This document shows positions 39,901 through 49,789 of a DNA stretch of 64,000 nucleotides, in pieces. Positions within the stretch are counted from its first letter, which is position 1, and each line of letters opens with the position of its first letter. The notes under the pieces are model-generated. The model did no database searches and had not been told where the DNA came from. It saw nothing but the letters and a program-made list of their open reading frames with translations. The stretch is from positions 3,424,001-3,488,000 of the forward strand of contig OY820905.2 in NCBI GenBank assembly GCA_963555755.3. Reading direction: 5' to 3'. The stretch comes from Nitrospirales bacterium. Lineage in GTDB: Bacteria > Nitrospirota > Nitrospiria > Nitrospirales > UBA8639. The translations under genes were made by a program, and so were the position numbers.

Positions 39901-41724
39901 ATGGCAAGAATAGTTGGAATAGACCTTGGCACCACCAATTCATTGGTCGCGTATATGGATGGAGAGGTTCCTCGTGTTATTCAAGGCAAACATGATGAGG
40001 CAAAAGTCCCGTCGATTGTTGGCCTGACGGATAACGGCATTATGGTTGGAGAACCAGCCAAGGAGCATTTGGTTCGGGATCCCTCGAGGACGATTTATTC
40101 CGTCAAGCGGTTTATGGGCAAGTCTTTGGCGGATGTGTCCGAGGAGTTGAAATATTTCCCCTACAGCCTTCAAGAAAAAAACGGGGTGATTCGCATTCAG
40201 GTCGGAGACAAAACGTACTCGCCCCCTCAAGTCTCTGCCATGATTTTGAAGGAACTAAAACTGCGCGCTGAAGCCCACCTTCGAGAAGACATTACCAAAG
40301 TTGTCATTACGGTTCCCGCCTATTTCAATGATGCCCAACGGCAAGCCACGAAAGATGCCGGCCTCATCGCCGGGCTGGAAGTGCTGCGAATCATCAACGA
40401 ACCGACGGCGGCATCCTTGGCTTATGGGTTGCAAAAGAAAACACAGGGCATAATCGCGGTCTACGATCTTGGTGGTGGGACCTTTGATATTTCTCTGCTT
40501 AAACTCAAAGATGGCATCTTTGAAGTACTGGCGACGAATGGCAATACCCATCTAGGGGGAGATGATTTGGATCGGCGACTGGTCGAAACTGTCATGAAGG
40601 ACCTCGACGCCAATCATGGGGTGAAGGTGGAAGACCTCCCCGAACTCATGCAAACGGTTCGGTTAGAATCCGAGCGGGTGAAGATTCGGTTATCCAATGA
40701 GGACAAGACGTCAATGTCCATTCCTCTTCCCGATGAGAGGGGAACGTACACCCGTGAATGGTCTCGAGAGGAATTGGAGTCTCTCACCGTGGACTTAGTG
40801 CGACAAACACTCGCTCCCTGTCGATTGGCGATGCAGGATGCCGAGTTGCAACTCAATGACATAGATGAAGTGGTGTTGGTTGGGGGAAGCACGCGCATGC
40901 CGTTGGTTCGTCAGTTAGTTGAAGAACTGTTTGGCCAGACGCCTCATAGCGAGCTGAACCCTGATGAAGTGGTGGCGCTTGGGGCTGCGGTCCAGGCCGG
41001 TATTCTCGCGGGTGATAACAAAGACATGCTATTGCTCGATGTCACCCCGTTGTCCTTGGGCATTGAAACCATGGGTGGGGTGATGAGCACGTTGATTCGA
41101 CGGAATACCACCATCCCGACGAGCGCCAAGGAAATGTTTACCACCTATGTCGATGGACAAACCTCCGTGGATATTCATATTTTGCAAGGCGAACGTGAGC
41201 TGGTGCAAGACAATCGGAGTCTTGCTCGATTTCAACTCAAAGTTCCACCTCTGCCTGCGGCGGTGCCACGGGTAGAAGTGACGTTCCTGATTGATGCCAA
41301 TGGCATTCTCAATGTCAACGCCGCTGATATCCGAACCGGAGAATCGCAAACTGTGCAAGTGAAACCCTCGCATGGTCTCACCGATGATGAAGTCGAAGGC
41401 ATGATCCGAGAATCATTCCAATTTGCCGCTCAGGACATCAAAGCCCGTCAGGTGATTGAAGCCAGGACTGAGGCGGGTGCCATCCTCGTTGCCACGGAAA
41501 AAGCCTTGAAGCGAGGGACCGATCTCATTACATTCGAAGAGGTCCAAGCGATTCACCAGGTTCTTGAAGATCTTCGGAGAGTCAAAGATCAAGATGATCA
41601 TCGCGTGATTCGGGCAAAGATTTCTGATGTCGAAAACGTCACTCATCATTTGGCTGAAGCTTTAATGGATGCCACGCTCAAAGAAGCGCTCGAAAACAAA
41701 AAACTCTCTGAAGTGACGGATTGA
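39901..41724 (+). CDS. hscA: Fe-S assembly Hsp70 chaperone
   Basis: GIDLGTTNS, DLGGGTFD, VKPSHGLTD, isc operon context. Confidence 0.92.
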   Translation: MARIVGIDLGTTNSLVAYMDGEVPRVIQGKHDEAKVPSIVGLTDNGIMVGEPAKEHLVRDPSRTIYSVKRFMGKSLADVSEELKYFPYSLQEKNGVIRIQVGDKTYSPPQVSAMILKELKLRAEAHLREDITKVVITVPAYFNDAQRQATKDAGLIAGLEVLRIINEPTAASLAYGLQKKTQGIIAVYDLGGGTFDISLLKLKDGIFEVLATNGNTHLGGDDLDRRLVETVMKDLDANHGVKVEDLPELMQTVRLESERVKIRLSNEDKTSMSIPLPDERGTYTREWSREELESLTVDLVRQTLAPCRLAMQDAELQLNDIDEVVLVGGSTRMPLVRQLVEELFGQTPHSELNPDEVVALGAAVQAGILAGDNKDMLLLDVTPLSLGIETMGGVMSTLIRRNTTIPTSAKEMFTTYVDGQTSVDIHILQGERELVQDNRSLARFQLKVPPLPAAVPRVEVTFLIDANGILNVNAADIRTGESQTVQVKPSHGLTDDEVEGMIRESFQFAAQDIKARQVIEARTEAGAILVATEKALKRGTDLITFEEVQAIHQVLEDLRRVKDQDDHRVIRAKISDVENVTHHLAEALMDATLKEALENKKLSEVTD

Positions 41725-41753
41725 ATGTTCTGATACGTTCCAAGGAGAATTAG

Positions 41754-41969
41754 GTGGCTCAAGATTTAATGTGGGAAGACGTAGAAGATATTGGGATTCG
41801 GTTACAGGAAGAACATCCCGATCTGGATCCCCTCACGGTTCGATTTACAGATATGCATAGTTGGATTGTTGCCTGGCCGGAATTTAAGGATGACCCAAAG
41901 AGCTCTAACGAAAAGAAACTCGAGGCGATTCAAATGGCCTGGCACGAGGAGTACCAGGACGCTCAATAA
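41754..41969 (+). CDS. iscX: Fe-S assembly protein IscX
   Basis: W.D...I...L...HPD.DP..VRFTDMH.W...EK.LEAI..AW. Confidence 0.93.
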   Translation: MAQDLMWEDVEDIGIRLQEEHPDLDPLTVRFTDMHSWIVAWPEFKDDPKSSNEKKLEAIQMAWHEEYQDAQ

Positions 41970-42034
41970 TCCCCCGTGAAGCGTAATGCGTGAAGCGTAA
42001 GGGGAGAGGAGAGGGGTTCCTCTTTTACGTCTCC

Positions 42035-44386
42035 CTATTGTTCAAGCTGATCGAATTCGTAGAAATCTAAGGGGTCGGCTGTGCTCCGGGCGGGACGTTG
42101 TGGAACCGTTCCTTCGGCAAAGACTTCAGTTGTGGAGGTTGACGTCGGCTCGCTCACCAGGGTGCCGGTTTTTTGATCAATCTCCACGAATTGAATGCCT
42201 TCAGGGATGCTAAATGTTTGAACGGGTACGGACTTCAGCGCCTCAGCCACAAATTGAATCCAAATGGGCAAGGCGGCATGGGCTCCTGATTCTCTTTTTC
42301 CTAACCGTTCGACATCATCGAATCCTACCCACACGCCGACGGCCAAGTTCGGTGCATATCCGACAAACCAAGCATCTTGGAAATTATTCGTCGTGCCCGT
42401 CTTGCCCGCGAGAGGTCTTCCAATAGAGCGAGCCCGTCTTCCCGTCCCGCTTTGAATCACATCCATCATCATGTGCGTAATCAGATAGGCGGTTTCCTGA
42501 GAGACCACCTGGCGGGGTTCAAAGAGATGTTGCTCAAGAACTTTATCTTCTTGGTCTTTCGCAATTGAAATGGTATAGGGGCGTAAGGCTAAACCCTGAT
42601 TGGCAAAGACGCCAAAGGCGGAGGTGATTTCTACCAATGTGAGGCCCGATGACCCCAAGGCTAGGGAAAGGTCTTGGCTGAGAGGACTTCGGATTCCCAG
42701 TTTCCGGGAAAACTCCGTGACGCGACGCACCCCAATTTGTTCGAGGAGTCGTACCGTTGCCGCATTTCGAGAGTGACGCAAGGCCTCTCGTAGCGTGATC
42801 GAACCAAAAAACCGCTTTTCATAGTTTTCGGGTTTCCAAGTTTTTCCAGGATCCTCCTGCTCATATACGACTGGGGCATCCAAAACTAGCGTGGCCGGGG
42901 TCATTCCCCCATCGAGCGCCGTGGCATAGATGATCGGCTTAAATGCGGATCCTGGCTGGCGAAGCGAAAGGAGCGCTCGATTAAATTGACTTCGTTCAAA
43001 ATCATATCCACCGACCATGGCCCGAATGGCACCGGTTCGTGGGTCGATGGCGATAATCGCGCCTTCAACCCTGGGCGTTTGCTCAAGGAGGAACCGGATT
43101 TTCCCCTTCCTCCTCGATTTGAGGGACACTTCGATGACATCTCCAGGAAGTAACAATTGCTTAGCCGAGGTGATAGGGAAATTTTTGGCTTCCATGACGG
43201 GCGCATCTTTTGGAAGGCGGCGTTTAGCCCAGAGCATATCTTTGAGCGAGATGGTTCCGATGAGACCATTGACGACAACAGTTGCCTCTTCTTTTGAAAC
43301 CTCCGTCACGATACCTTCCAGAATGTCACCGTGTTCGGGAAGGTCGGGTGGTGGATCTTCGGGCAGTATGCCGAGGGGATCTTCGTGCCGAAGCGGGCCG
43401 TGCCACCCCTGCCGTTTATCTAATTGCCTCAGGCCGGTCTGGATTGCTCGTTCAGCTATACGCTGCAATTCAATATTGAGTGTGGTGAAGACTTGGAGCC
43501 CTCCTTTGTACACCATGGATTCCCCATAGGCCTTGCCCAAGTGTTGGCGGACGTTTTCCAAGAAATAGGGAGCCACGCGCTCAATAGATCGTCGTTGAAA
43601 GTTCAGCGTGGTGTCAATGGCCTCCTGTGCGAGGTCGGTCGAGATAAAGTTGGCTTGAGCCATGCGTCCGAGGACATGTTCTTGGCGTTTTTTCGCAAGG
43701 TCAAAATTTTTATAGGGAGAATAGGTGCTAGGGGCTTTGGGTAGGCCAGCCAGGAATGCGGATTCTGGCAAGCTCAGTTCGGCTAGGCCTTTTCCGTAAT
43801 ACGTGAGGGCAGCGCTTCCGATACCATACGCGCCATGTCCAAAGTAGATTTGATTCAAATACATTTCCAGGATTTGATCTTTGGTCAACACCATTTCCAT
43901 TTTAAGGGCAAGAATCAACTCTCGAATTTTTCGTCGAAAGGTGCGTTCTGGAGAAAGAAATAGCGTCCGCGCGAGTTGCTGGGTGATGGTGCTGGCCCCT
44001 TCGAATTTGCCCCCTCGCCTGAGGTTAGTCCAAGCAGCTCGAAAAATCCCCCAAATGTCTAGCCCAGGATGTTCAAAGAATCGGGTATCTTCAACGGCGA
44101 TGAGGGCGTTAATTAAATGCTGAGGCACTTCGGTGAGTCGAGCCAGAATTCTGCGTTCGACATAAAATTGTCCCATGACCTGACCGTTGTCAGCGTGCAC
44201 CTTCGTAATGAGGCTGGGCTGATATTCATGGAGAACTGCGAGTGAGGGCAGGCCTGTAGAAGCATACCAGGCCAGAGCGATAGCCCCACCCATGCCCAGC
44301 CCTGTTCCAACAAGGACGATGATCAGAAGAAATCGTGGCCAACGTCGGCGTGTGGTTTTCTGGGAAGGGCCTTTGGGTGATGCCAT
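42035..44386 (-). CDS. mrcA: Class A penicillin-binding protein 1A
   Basis: EDTRFFEH, GASTITQQL, RQPGSAFKP, SRN, KTGTT. Confidence 0.93.
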   Translation of the reverse strand: MASPKGPSQKTTRRRWPRFLLIIVLVGTGLGMGGAIALAWYASTGLPSLAVLHEYQPSLITKVHADNGQVMGQFYVERRILARLTEVPQHLINALIAVEDTRFFEHPGLDIWGIFRAAWTNLRRGGKFEGASTITQQLARTLFLSPERTFRRKIRELILALKMEMVLTKDQILEMYLNQIYFGHGAYGIGSAALTYYGKGLAELSLPESAFLAGLPKAPSTYSPYKNFDLAKKRQEHVLGRMAQANFISTDLAQEAIDTTLNFQRRSIERVAPYFLENVRQHLGKAYGESMVYKGGLQVFTTLNIELQRIAERAIQTGLRQLDKRQGWHGPLRHEDPLGILPEDPPPDLPEHGDILEGIVTEVSKEEATVVVNGLIGTISLKDMLWAKRRLPKDAPVMEAKNFPITSAKQLLLPGDVIEVSLKSRRKGKIRFLLEQTPRVEGAIIAIDPRTGAIRAMVGGYDFERSQFNRALLSLRQPGSAFKPIIYATALDGGMTPATLVLDAPVVYEQEDPGKTWKPENYEKRFFGSITLREALRHSRNAATVRLLEQIGVRRVTEFSRKLGIRSPLSQDLSLALGSSGLTLVEITSAFGVFANQGLALRPYTISIAKDQEDKVLEQHLFEPRQVVSQETAYLITHMMMDVIQSGTGRRARSIGRPLAGKTGTTNNFQDAWFVGYAPNLAVGVWVGFDDVERLGKRESGAHAALPIWIQFVAEALKSVPVQTFSIPEGIQFVEIDQKTGTLVSEPTSTSTTEVFAEGTVPQRPARSTADPLDFYEFDQLEQ

Positions 44387-44673
44387 AGGATCTGGGGCTG
44401 AAGAAGAATGGAGGACCGGTTGCCCGTGCGAGGGCTTTCTTTTAGTGAATACCTCTTATTAAAGAATACGATAACCCCGGATCGCCCAAAAGACAAGAAA
44501 GGAATTTGAGGAATTATTTTCTTCAGGTTTAACCGGCTTGTTACCCAAAAGGGACAGCCTTTTCATGATCATGGCTCTTATGCTACCTTAACAAATATTC
44601 CGAGCACATGCTCTATGAAAAAACCCTTGCGAGCCGCGAGATTAGATTACTTTCACATTAAGGAGGCCGGTTT

Positions 44674-45144
44674 ATGTCTGATGTTGCTCAAGAAATCAAG
44701 GTTGGTGATGCTGCTCCCGATTTTACCTTAAAAGATCAGGATCAAAATGATGTCACACTGAGTTCGTTTAAGGGCCAAAAAAATGTCGTGTTAGCATTTT
44801 ATCCCTTGGATTGGAGTCCTGTGTGTGAAGGGGAAAATAAATGCATCACCGATGATTTTCCCAGCTTTTCCGATGCGAATTCAGAAATTTTCGGTATTAG
44901 CGCGGACAGCTTTTTTTCTCACAAAGCCTGGGCCGACTCGCTCGACCTCAAACACAAGTTGTTGGCTGATATGCATCGCACCGTGTGTAAATCCTATGGC
45001 CTGTATTTTGATGCCTTGAATTGTGCCAAACGCGCCACGGTTATTGTGGATAAACAGGGCAGGGTCGCCTATGTCAAAGTCCAAGAAATCAAAGTCCCAC
45101 GGGATGACAAGGACATTTTGGAAGCACTGAAAAAATTGAACTGA
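44674..45144 (+). CDS. Peroxiredoxin (AhpE/BCP-like)
   Basis: [27 protein letters not shown]. Confidence 0.9.
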   Translation: MSDVAQEIKVGDAAPDFTLKDQDQNDVTLSSFKGQKNVVLAFYPLDWSPVCEGENKCITDDFPSFSDANSEIFGISADSFFSHKAWADSLDLKHKLLADMHRTVCKSYGLYFDALNCAKRATVIVDKQGRVAYVKVQEIKVPRDDKDILEALKKLN

Positions 45145-45181
45145 CAATATTGTAGGCATTCGAAGGGGATTCCTGAACTAA

Positions 45182-45338
45182 GGGCTCGCGCAAGAATAAC
45201 TTCCCATTTTGGGGTGACGAGACACCTGTCTGGCAAGGCGCGAGGACTGCGCATACTCTTGGTATGTAAGGGACGAGCAACGCCGCCAGACAGGATGGAT
45301 CGACGCTCAAAGATGGGAAGTTATTCTTGCGTGAGCCC
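45182..45338. mobile_element. MITE family C inserted in the loop of a terminator-like hairpin
   Basis: TAA/TAA flanks, surrounded by GAAGGGGATTCCTG and CAGGAATCCCCTTC. Confidence 0.88.
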
Positions 45339-45388
45339 TAACAGGAATCCCCTTCCTTTGTGAAAGGCTACCCAAGGAAAAAGTCTTT

Positions 45389-45724
45389 ATGGCTGGAACG
45401 GTGATTAGTGTTTCCGACGAGAATTATGAAGAATTTACGCAGGCCCCTGCAGCCATGGTGGCCTATGGTATTGGGTCTTGTCAGCCATGTGCCGAGTATG
45501 ATCCGATTTTAGAATCAGTTGCAGCAAAGTATGCTCATATTCGAATTGGCAAGGCTAAAATGCACGTTCCTGGCCGTTGCCGGGGCATTAAAAAACAGCA
45601 CACCTTTGAAACCTACCCCACCACACACTTCTTTTCAAACGGACAATTGTTATTGACGCGAGAAGGGAAGATTGAAGAGTCGGAACTTGCGACTCTTTTT
45701 CAAGAGCATTTTCCCAATCCTTAA
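45389..45724 (+). CDS. Thioredoxin-like protein
   Basis: CQPC active site, YPT.HFF..G. Confidence 0.82.
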   Translation: MAGTVISVSDENYEEFTQAPAAMVAYGIGSCQPCAEYDPILESVAAKYAHIRIGKAKMHVPGRCRGIKKQHTFETYPTTHFFSNGQLLLTREGKIEESELATLFQEHFPNP

Positions 45725-45757
45725 TCTTTTCCCATTCCCTTGTTGAAAATAATTTTT

Positions 45758-45950
45758 GTGGGGTTTCGTCCCCACGCGACGAGTCACTTTTGTTTCGGCA
45801 AAAGTGACCAAAACCATTTTTGCCTGTGCGCGGAACCACGGGGGACTGGTCCGCCGCCCCGAATCAGGATGGCTCGGAAACTCGCTCCGCTCAAACAGTC
45901 CTCGCCGAAGGGGCCGATTCGGGGCAGCGGCCCAGCCGCGCCCAACGCAG
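45758..45950 (+). repeat. Structured repeat, family A, copy 4
   Basis: GTGGGGTTTCGTCCCCAC and GTCACTTTTGTTTCGGCAAAAGTGAC hairpins. Confidence 0.85.
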
Positions 45951-46124
45951 TGAAAGGGAAATCCTTGAACGACAAATATCAAGAAATGGTCGGGAGCTTT
46001 GCCGATCTGTATAAGAGGATGTGATAACTGGCCAGACGGGGAGGAAGTCGTTGAGTATTAAAGGAATTCACAAACCCTCGACGGGAAATCCCGAAGCGTG
46101 TTATACGGATAGGAACTCAAAGAT

Positions 46125-46161
46125 TCGCATCTTATGCGGATCCATCTAATCATTGTTAGGC
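46125..46161 (+). other. attI-like integron site with core GTTAGGC (46155-46161)
   Basis: GTTRRRY core 24 bp before cassette 1, complementary to the GCCTAAC of attC1. No attC hairpin upstream. Confidence 0.6.
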
Positions 46162-46184
46162 GGTAAGAATATCGAGAACGAAAT

Positions 46185-46691
46185 ATGAGAAAAGTGATTA
46201 CTACTCTATTGTCATTATTTGGTTTAGCTGGTAACGCGGCGGCTTTAGATAATGCTGGAATCTATTTATCTTCCAAGTTTGACTTAACTGTCGCCCAGCT
46301 TTCCAAAATTGCGGTTGGTGCTAAAGTGGAAATGGTCGAAAATAATGAAGGGAATTCATTTCAGGTAAGTTGGCCAGATGTTTCCGTAACTATTAACACA
46401 AAGAACGTGTGGTCTGATCGAACCACCCAGATTAGCGGAATGACAAACTGGGCTAAATCTTTGGGGGGTAATAATTCATCGAGCTTTTTAAACAAAATTG
46501 CTTCCGCCACTGATATATTGGGCTGTGTAATTCAGCCCGGATATGACAAGGAACAAAAAGTGGCTCGCTTGGTTAACGAAATTGCCAAAAGATACGAAGG
46601 TTTTATTTTTACATATCAAAGTTTTTACAATGAGCGGGGGCATAAAATTGTTGGGCAAGCGAATGACCCTCAGAAAGTCGGAGGCGCCTAA
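46185..46691 (+). CDS. Gene cassette 1: hypothetical secreted protein
   Basis: Signal peptide, AT-rich, stop codon inside the attC inverse core. Confidence 0.75.
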   Translation: MRKVITTLLSLFGLAGNAAALDNAGIYLSSKFDLTVAQLSKIAVGAKVEMVENNEGNSFQVSWPDVSVTINTKNVWSDRTTQISGMTNWAKSLGGNNSSSFLNKIASATDILGCVIQPGYDKEQKVARLVNEIAKRYEGFIFTYQSFYNERGHKIVGQANDPQKVGGA

Positions 46692-46771
46692 CAATGCGCT
46701 GCTAGGGACTTGGCAAAGCTTTGCTTGAAAAACAGCAAACCTTTACCATGCCCAAGAGCTTACCGTTGGGC
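46686..46771 (+). other. attC site 1 (86 bp)
   Basis: GCCTAAC ... GTTGGGC. Arms GCT(G)CTAGGG(A)CTTGGCAAAG versus CTTTACCATGCCCAAGAGC, with extrahelical bases. Confidence 0.85.
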
Positions 46772-46791
46772 GGCGTACGGAGGCGGCGTGC

Positions 46792-47592
46792 ATGGACTAC
46801 CCGTTTGAGCACCCTGATTTTCACGGCCGGAACCTTGCTCTTCGCACGTCGGGGTTCTTCGCGTCCGCCCGGTTGGTAGTTGATGGCGCCGAAGTCACTG
46901 CGACCAAAGGGAAGTTCGCCCTACACGACAATCAGGGACGCCCTCGGGAGCTCAAGCTCAAGGCGGGTTTTCTTGATCCGGTTCCGAAGGTAGTTCTCGA
47001 CGACACCACAATCGCTCTAGTCAGCCCTCTCAAATGGTACGAGTACGCATGGATGGCACTACCCATCGTGCTCGTGTTTAGCGGTGGTGCGCTGGGTGCT
47101 CTATTCGGAATTACTGCCGCGTATTCAAGCACTCGTATATTCAGAAGCGATCGTGGCGCCGCGGCCAAGTACCTCCTCTCCGGACTCGCTTCCATTGGCG
47201 CAGTTGCAGGGTTTCTGGCGAGTGCGACCGCCCTGCAACTTCTGATCTCCTGGAACACGGACCCCTCATCCGAGAAGGCCCTCGACGAAGTTGCTCGAGC
47301 CTCCAACAAGGAGCTGCCGATGATGATCGACGACCAGACCGAGTTAGTGAAGCTCGAGGGTCTCGAGGGTGTGCTCGTCTACCACTATCGCCTCACGACG
47401 ATCGCGCCGGGCCAAATTTCAGGCGAGGCGCTGGTACAGCGGCTTCGCCCGACAATCTCTGCGAACGCCTGTGCCCACGACGAGAGCAGGGAGCGATTCC
47501 TCGATAATGGCATTGCGCTTCGCTACGCCTACAGCGACGCGGAGGGCGGGACCATTGGTGCGTTCGACGTCTCTGCCAACGACTGCCTCTAA
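46792..47592 (+). CDS. Gene cassette 2: hypothetical membrane protein
   Basis: GGAGG RBS, TM segments, C-terminal N..LP.MID..T domain, GC-rich unlike adjacent cassettes. Confidence 0.78.
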   Translation: MDYPFEHPDFHGRNLALRTSGFFASARLVVDGAEVTATKGKFALHDNQGRPRELKLKAGFLDPVPKVVLDDTTIALVSPLKWYEYAWMALPIVLVFSGGALGALFGITAAYSSTRIFRSDRGAAAKYLLSGLASIGAVAGFLASATALQLLISWNTDPSSEKALDEVARASNKELPMMIDDQTELVKLEGLEGVLVYHYRLTTIAPGQISGEALVQRLRPTISANACAHDESRERFLDNGIALRYAYSDAEGGTIGAFDVSANDCL

Positions 47593-47665
47593 CAACGGTT
47601 CTTTGATGGCGTCGCGTTGGCCAGGCAGCATCCGCGCGGAGGTTCGCGCAGGCCGAGGCCCAGCC

Positions 47666-47795
47666 GCCCAACAAGGGCTTGCAGCGGACCGGCTCACGCT
47701 TTGAGCGAGGCAGACCGTGTTAGAATGCGAGATCTTCTAGCGCTTCAGCCTCGGTGGCAGAGCGCCGCCGGCCGCTGAAGCCCGATCCGCTAGGC
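47666..47795 (+). other. attC site 2 (130 bp)
   Basis: GCCCAAC (complement of the cassette-start GTTGGGC) ... GCTAGGC. GGGCTT(G)CAGCGG(A)CCGGC pairs with GCCGGCCGCTGAAGCCC. Confidence 0.88.
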
Positions 47796-47811
47796 ATGTA
47801 AAAGGAAAGAA

Positions 47812-48276
47812 ATGCAGATAATCAAAAAAATACTCATTGGACTTGGTGTTGTGTTCGCATTATTTATTGGGTTCGTAATATTCATGTTTGGAGAGTCTGG
47901 TGATTTCAAAGAAAATAATGAACAGCTAGTCAGAGAGTATACTCAAAAGTTTAGTCAAAACTGGAGCATTAGTAGTGTTAGTGATCTCAGTACGAATGAT
48001 CTATTGTCCCAAATCACCACTCCAAATGGACAACATTCGTTAAGGCAATTTCAATCATTCGGAAAACTAGTGGAAATCGAAGATATTGAGATAAGTAACT
48101 ACAACACATCCACGGGAGCTGGAACTACCGGTGTGTTCAAATTTAAGGCAAAGTTTGAAAATTTAAATGCTTTGGTTACGGTGACGGTTCGTGAAAAGGA
48201 TAGTGTAGCAAAGGTTCATGGTTTCCACATTGATCCGCTGAGCGAGGTATCTCCACCGAAGGAATTTAATATCTAA
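47812..48276 (+). CDS. Gene cassette 3: hypothetical membrane-anchored protein
   Basis: AAGGA RBS, N-terminal TM, AT-rich, stop codon in the attC inverse core. Confidence 0.78.
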   Translation: MQIIKKILIGLGVVFALFIGFVIFMFGESGDFKENNEQLVREYTQKFSQNWSISSVSDLSTNDLLSQITTPNGQHSLRQFQSFGKLVEIEDIEISNYNTSTGAGTTGVFKFKAKFENLNALVTVTVREKDSVAKVHGFHIDPLSEVSPPKEFNI

Positions 48277-48386
48277 TCAGAGGTTGCAGCCGACCCAAAA
48301 CCCGCCACTTCGTTTTTCGCGTTGCTGTGCTCCATTTTCCCAAAAAAAAGCGTTGTATTTTGCGGGGCTGAACCTAAGCGTTAGAG
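48271..48386 (+). other. attC site 3 (116 bp, degenerate)
   Basis: ATCTAAT ... GTTAGAG. AGGTT(G)CAGCC pairs with GGCTGAACCT. Confidence 0.7.
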
Positions 48387-48391
48387 CAAAA

Positions 48392-48419
48392 ATGTAACGG
48401 AATGCCAATACGGTTACAT
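48392..48419. other. Palindromic site ATGTAACGGAAT-N4-ATACGGTTACAT
   Basis: 10/12 inverted arms, homologous to 15160-15188. Confidence 0.55.
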
Positions 48420-48525
48420 GGAACCTGCCATTTCCTCGTGAAAACCCCTTAAACATTGGCTATTGAGTTTTAATTGGGTTTGCCTTTTACAACTCTAGTT
48501 TACTTGATTCGTTTCTTAAGTATTT

Positions 48526-48848
48526 CCTCCGCCTTCGGGCGCGGCGGAGCCGCAGCCCCGAATCGACCGCTTTGGCGAAGGCTGTTTGAGCGCAGCGAGT
48601 TCCTGAGCCATCTTATTCGGGGCGGAGGCGGAGGGACCCGGAAGAGAATGATCAAAACGTTCGTCAGCGGCGTTCTCGGCCCTTTGCCGTGCTCACGTAC
48701 TTAACGGTCACGCTGCGCGCGCCAAAGCGCCTGCGGCCTTGCTGACGAACGTTTTGATCATTCTCTGTAGGGCCGCGCACGGGTGGAAATGGTTTTGGGC
48801 ACTTTTGCCGAAACAAAAGTGTCTCGTCGCGCGGGGGCGAAACCCTGC
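48526..48848 (-). repeat. Structured repeat, family A, copy 5 (inverted), with nested B-core element at 48643-48766
   Basis: The insert has 26-bp perfect arms AGAGAATGATCAAAACGTTCGTCAGC. Confidence 0.85.
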
Positions 48849-48951
48849 ATCTAATAATTCTGGAAAATAATATTGCATGGGGGGAGATCTCTCGTTCTGC
48901 TCGAGACAAGGATTTCTCCCAAGGGTCGAAATGACAGAAGGAAAAACAGTG

Positions 48952-49767
48952 TCAGGAAACGATAATAGGAGTCCCCGTGTATTCCACACGGGTTTCATGC
49001 TGATTGTGAATGGTGATTTTTGCTAAATGTCCGCCTGAAATCGGTTCGAGCAATGGCCAGAGCGTTTGTGCCAAGGTGAGGAGGGTGGTGGGTTGGGATT
49101 GAAAGGCTGGATCTTGAGATAGGTCTTTTCCATTGAATCGGTCGAGTAGATGTTGGTGAACGAGATTGTCTAAAACGGCAATATCAGTCACCCGTCCAGT
49201 GGCTGGGTCGATGGTTCCAGCGACTGACACATCAACGAAAATGTGAGATCCCAGAGTTTGTATTGCATCGGCTGAAGAATTGATGTCCAGGGAATAGCGT
49301 CGGGTAATTTGTGCTTCGGAGGGTTCCGAATAGTCCGATGTGGAATCGGAAGATCCAGTGGTGTCTGGTGTGGCGAGTTCAGCCCACAGGTCTTCGCCTT
49401 CCGATAAACGAATGGTGTGGAGGTCCTGCGTCTCGGGTCGAGCACGAAATTTTCGCCAAAGCACCAAAGCGAAATTTTCCGTGGTCGGTATCGCGTGTTC
49501 GAAATAGGGTGTGTCCAAGTTCAAATGTTTATGGTCGAATTCTTCGAGGACGTCGGTGACAATGTGCTTAAGGTCGTACAGGTTGATGATCATGCCCGTA
49601 ACTGGATCTACTCTTCCACTCAGAGTCACTTCTAAGAGATAGTTGTGCCCATGCTCCTGATAGCAGGCGCCAAATGTCTGTCGATTCTTGTCAGCATCCC
49701 AATCGGGATTACGATAAAAATGCGAGGCTGAAAATTCTATCCGCTTAGTGAGTGTTGATTTTGGCAT
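48952..49767 (-). CDS. 6-carboxytetrahydropterin synthase-like (QueD/PTPS), tandem domain
   Basis: FSASH...C...HGHNY.LEV, DHKHLN, TTEN, plus a degenerate second T-fold repeat. Confidence 0.85.
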   Translation of the reverse strand: MPKSTLTKRIEFSASHFYRNPDWDADKNRQTFGACYQEHGHNYLLEVTLSGRVDPVTGMIINLYDLKHIVTDVLEEFDHKHLNLDTPYFEHAIPTTENFALVLWRKFRARPETQDLHTIRLSEGEDLWAELATPDTTGSSDSTSDYSEPSEAQITRRYSLDINSSADAIQTLGSHIFVDVSVAGTIDPATGRVTDIAVLDNLVHQHLLDRFNGKDLSQDPAFQSQPTTLLTLAQTLWPLLEPISGGHLAKITIHNQHETRVEYTGTPIIVS

Positions 49768-49789
49768 GGGAGGATATTTCAAAAAAAAA

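Noticed and set aside
45950..46150. Integron integrase upstream of the attI-like site
   Set aside because: Only ~200 bp separate the site from the family A repeat, and no tyrosine recombinase ORF or remnant is recognisable.
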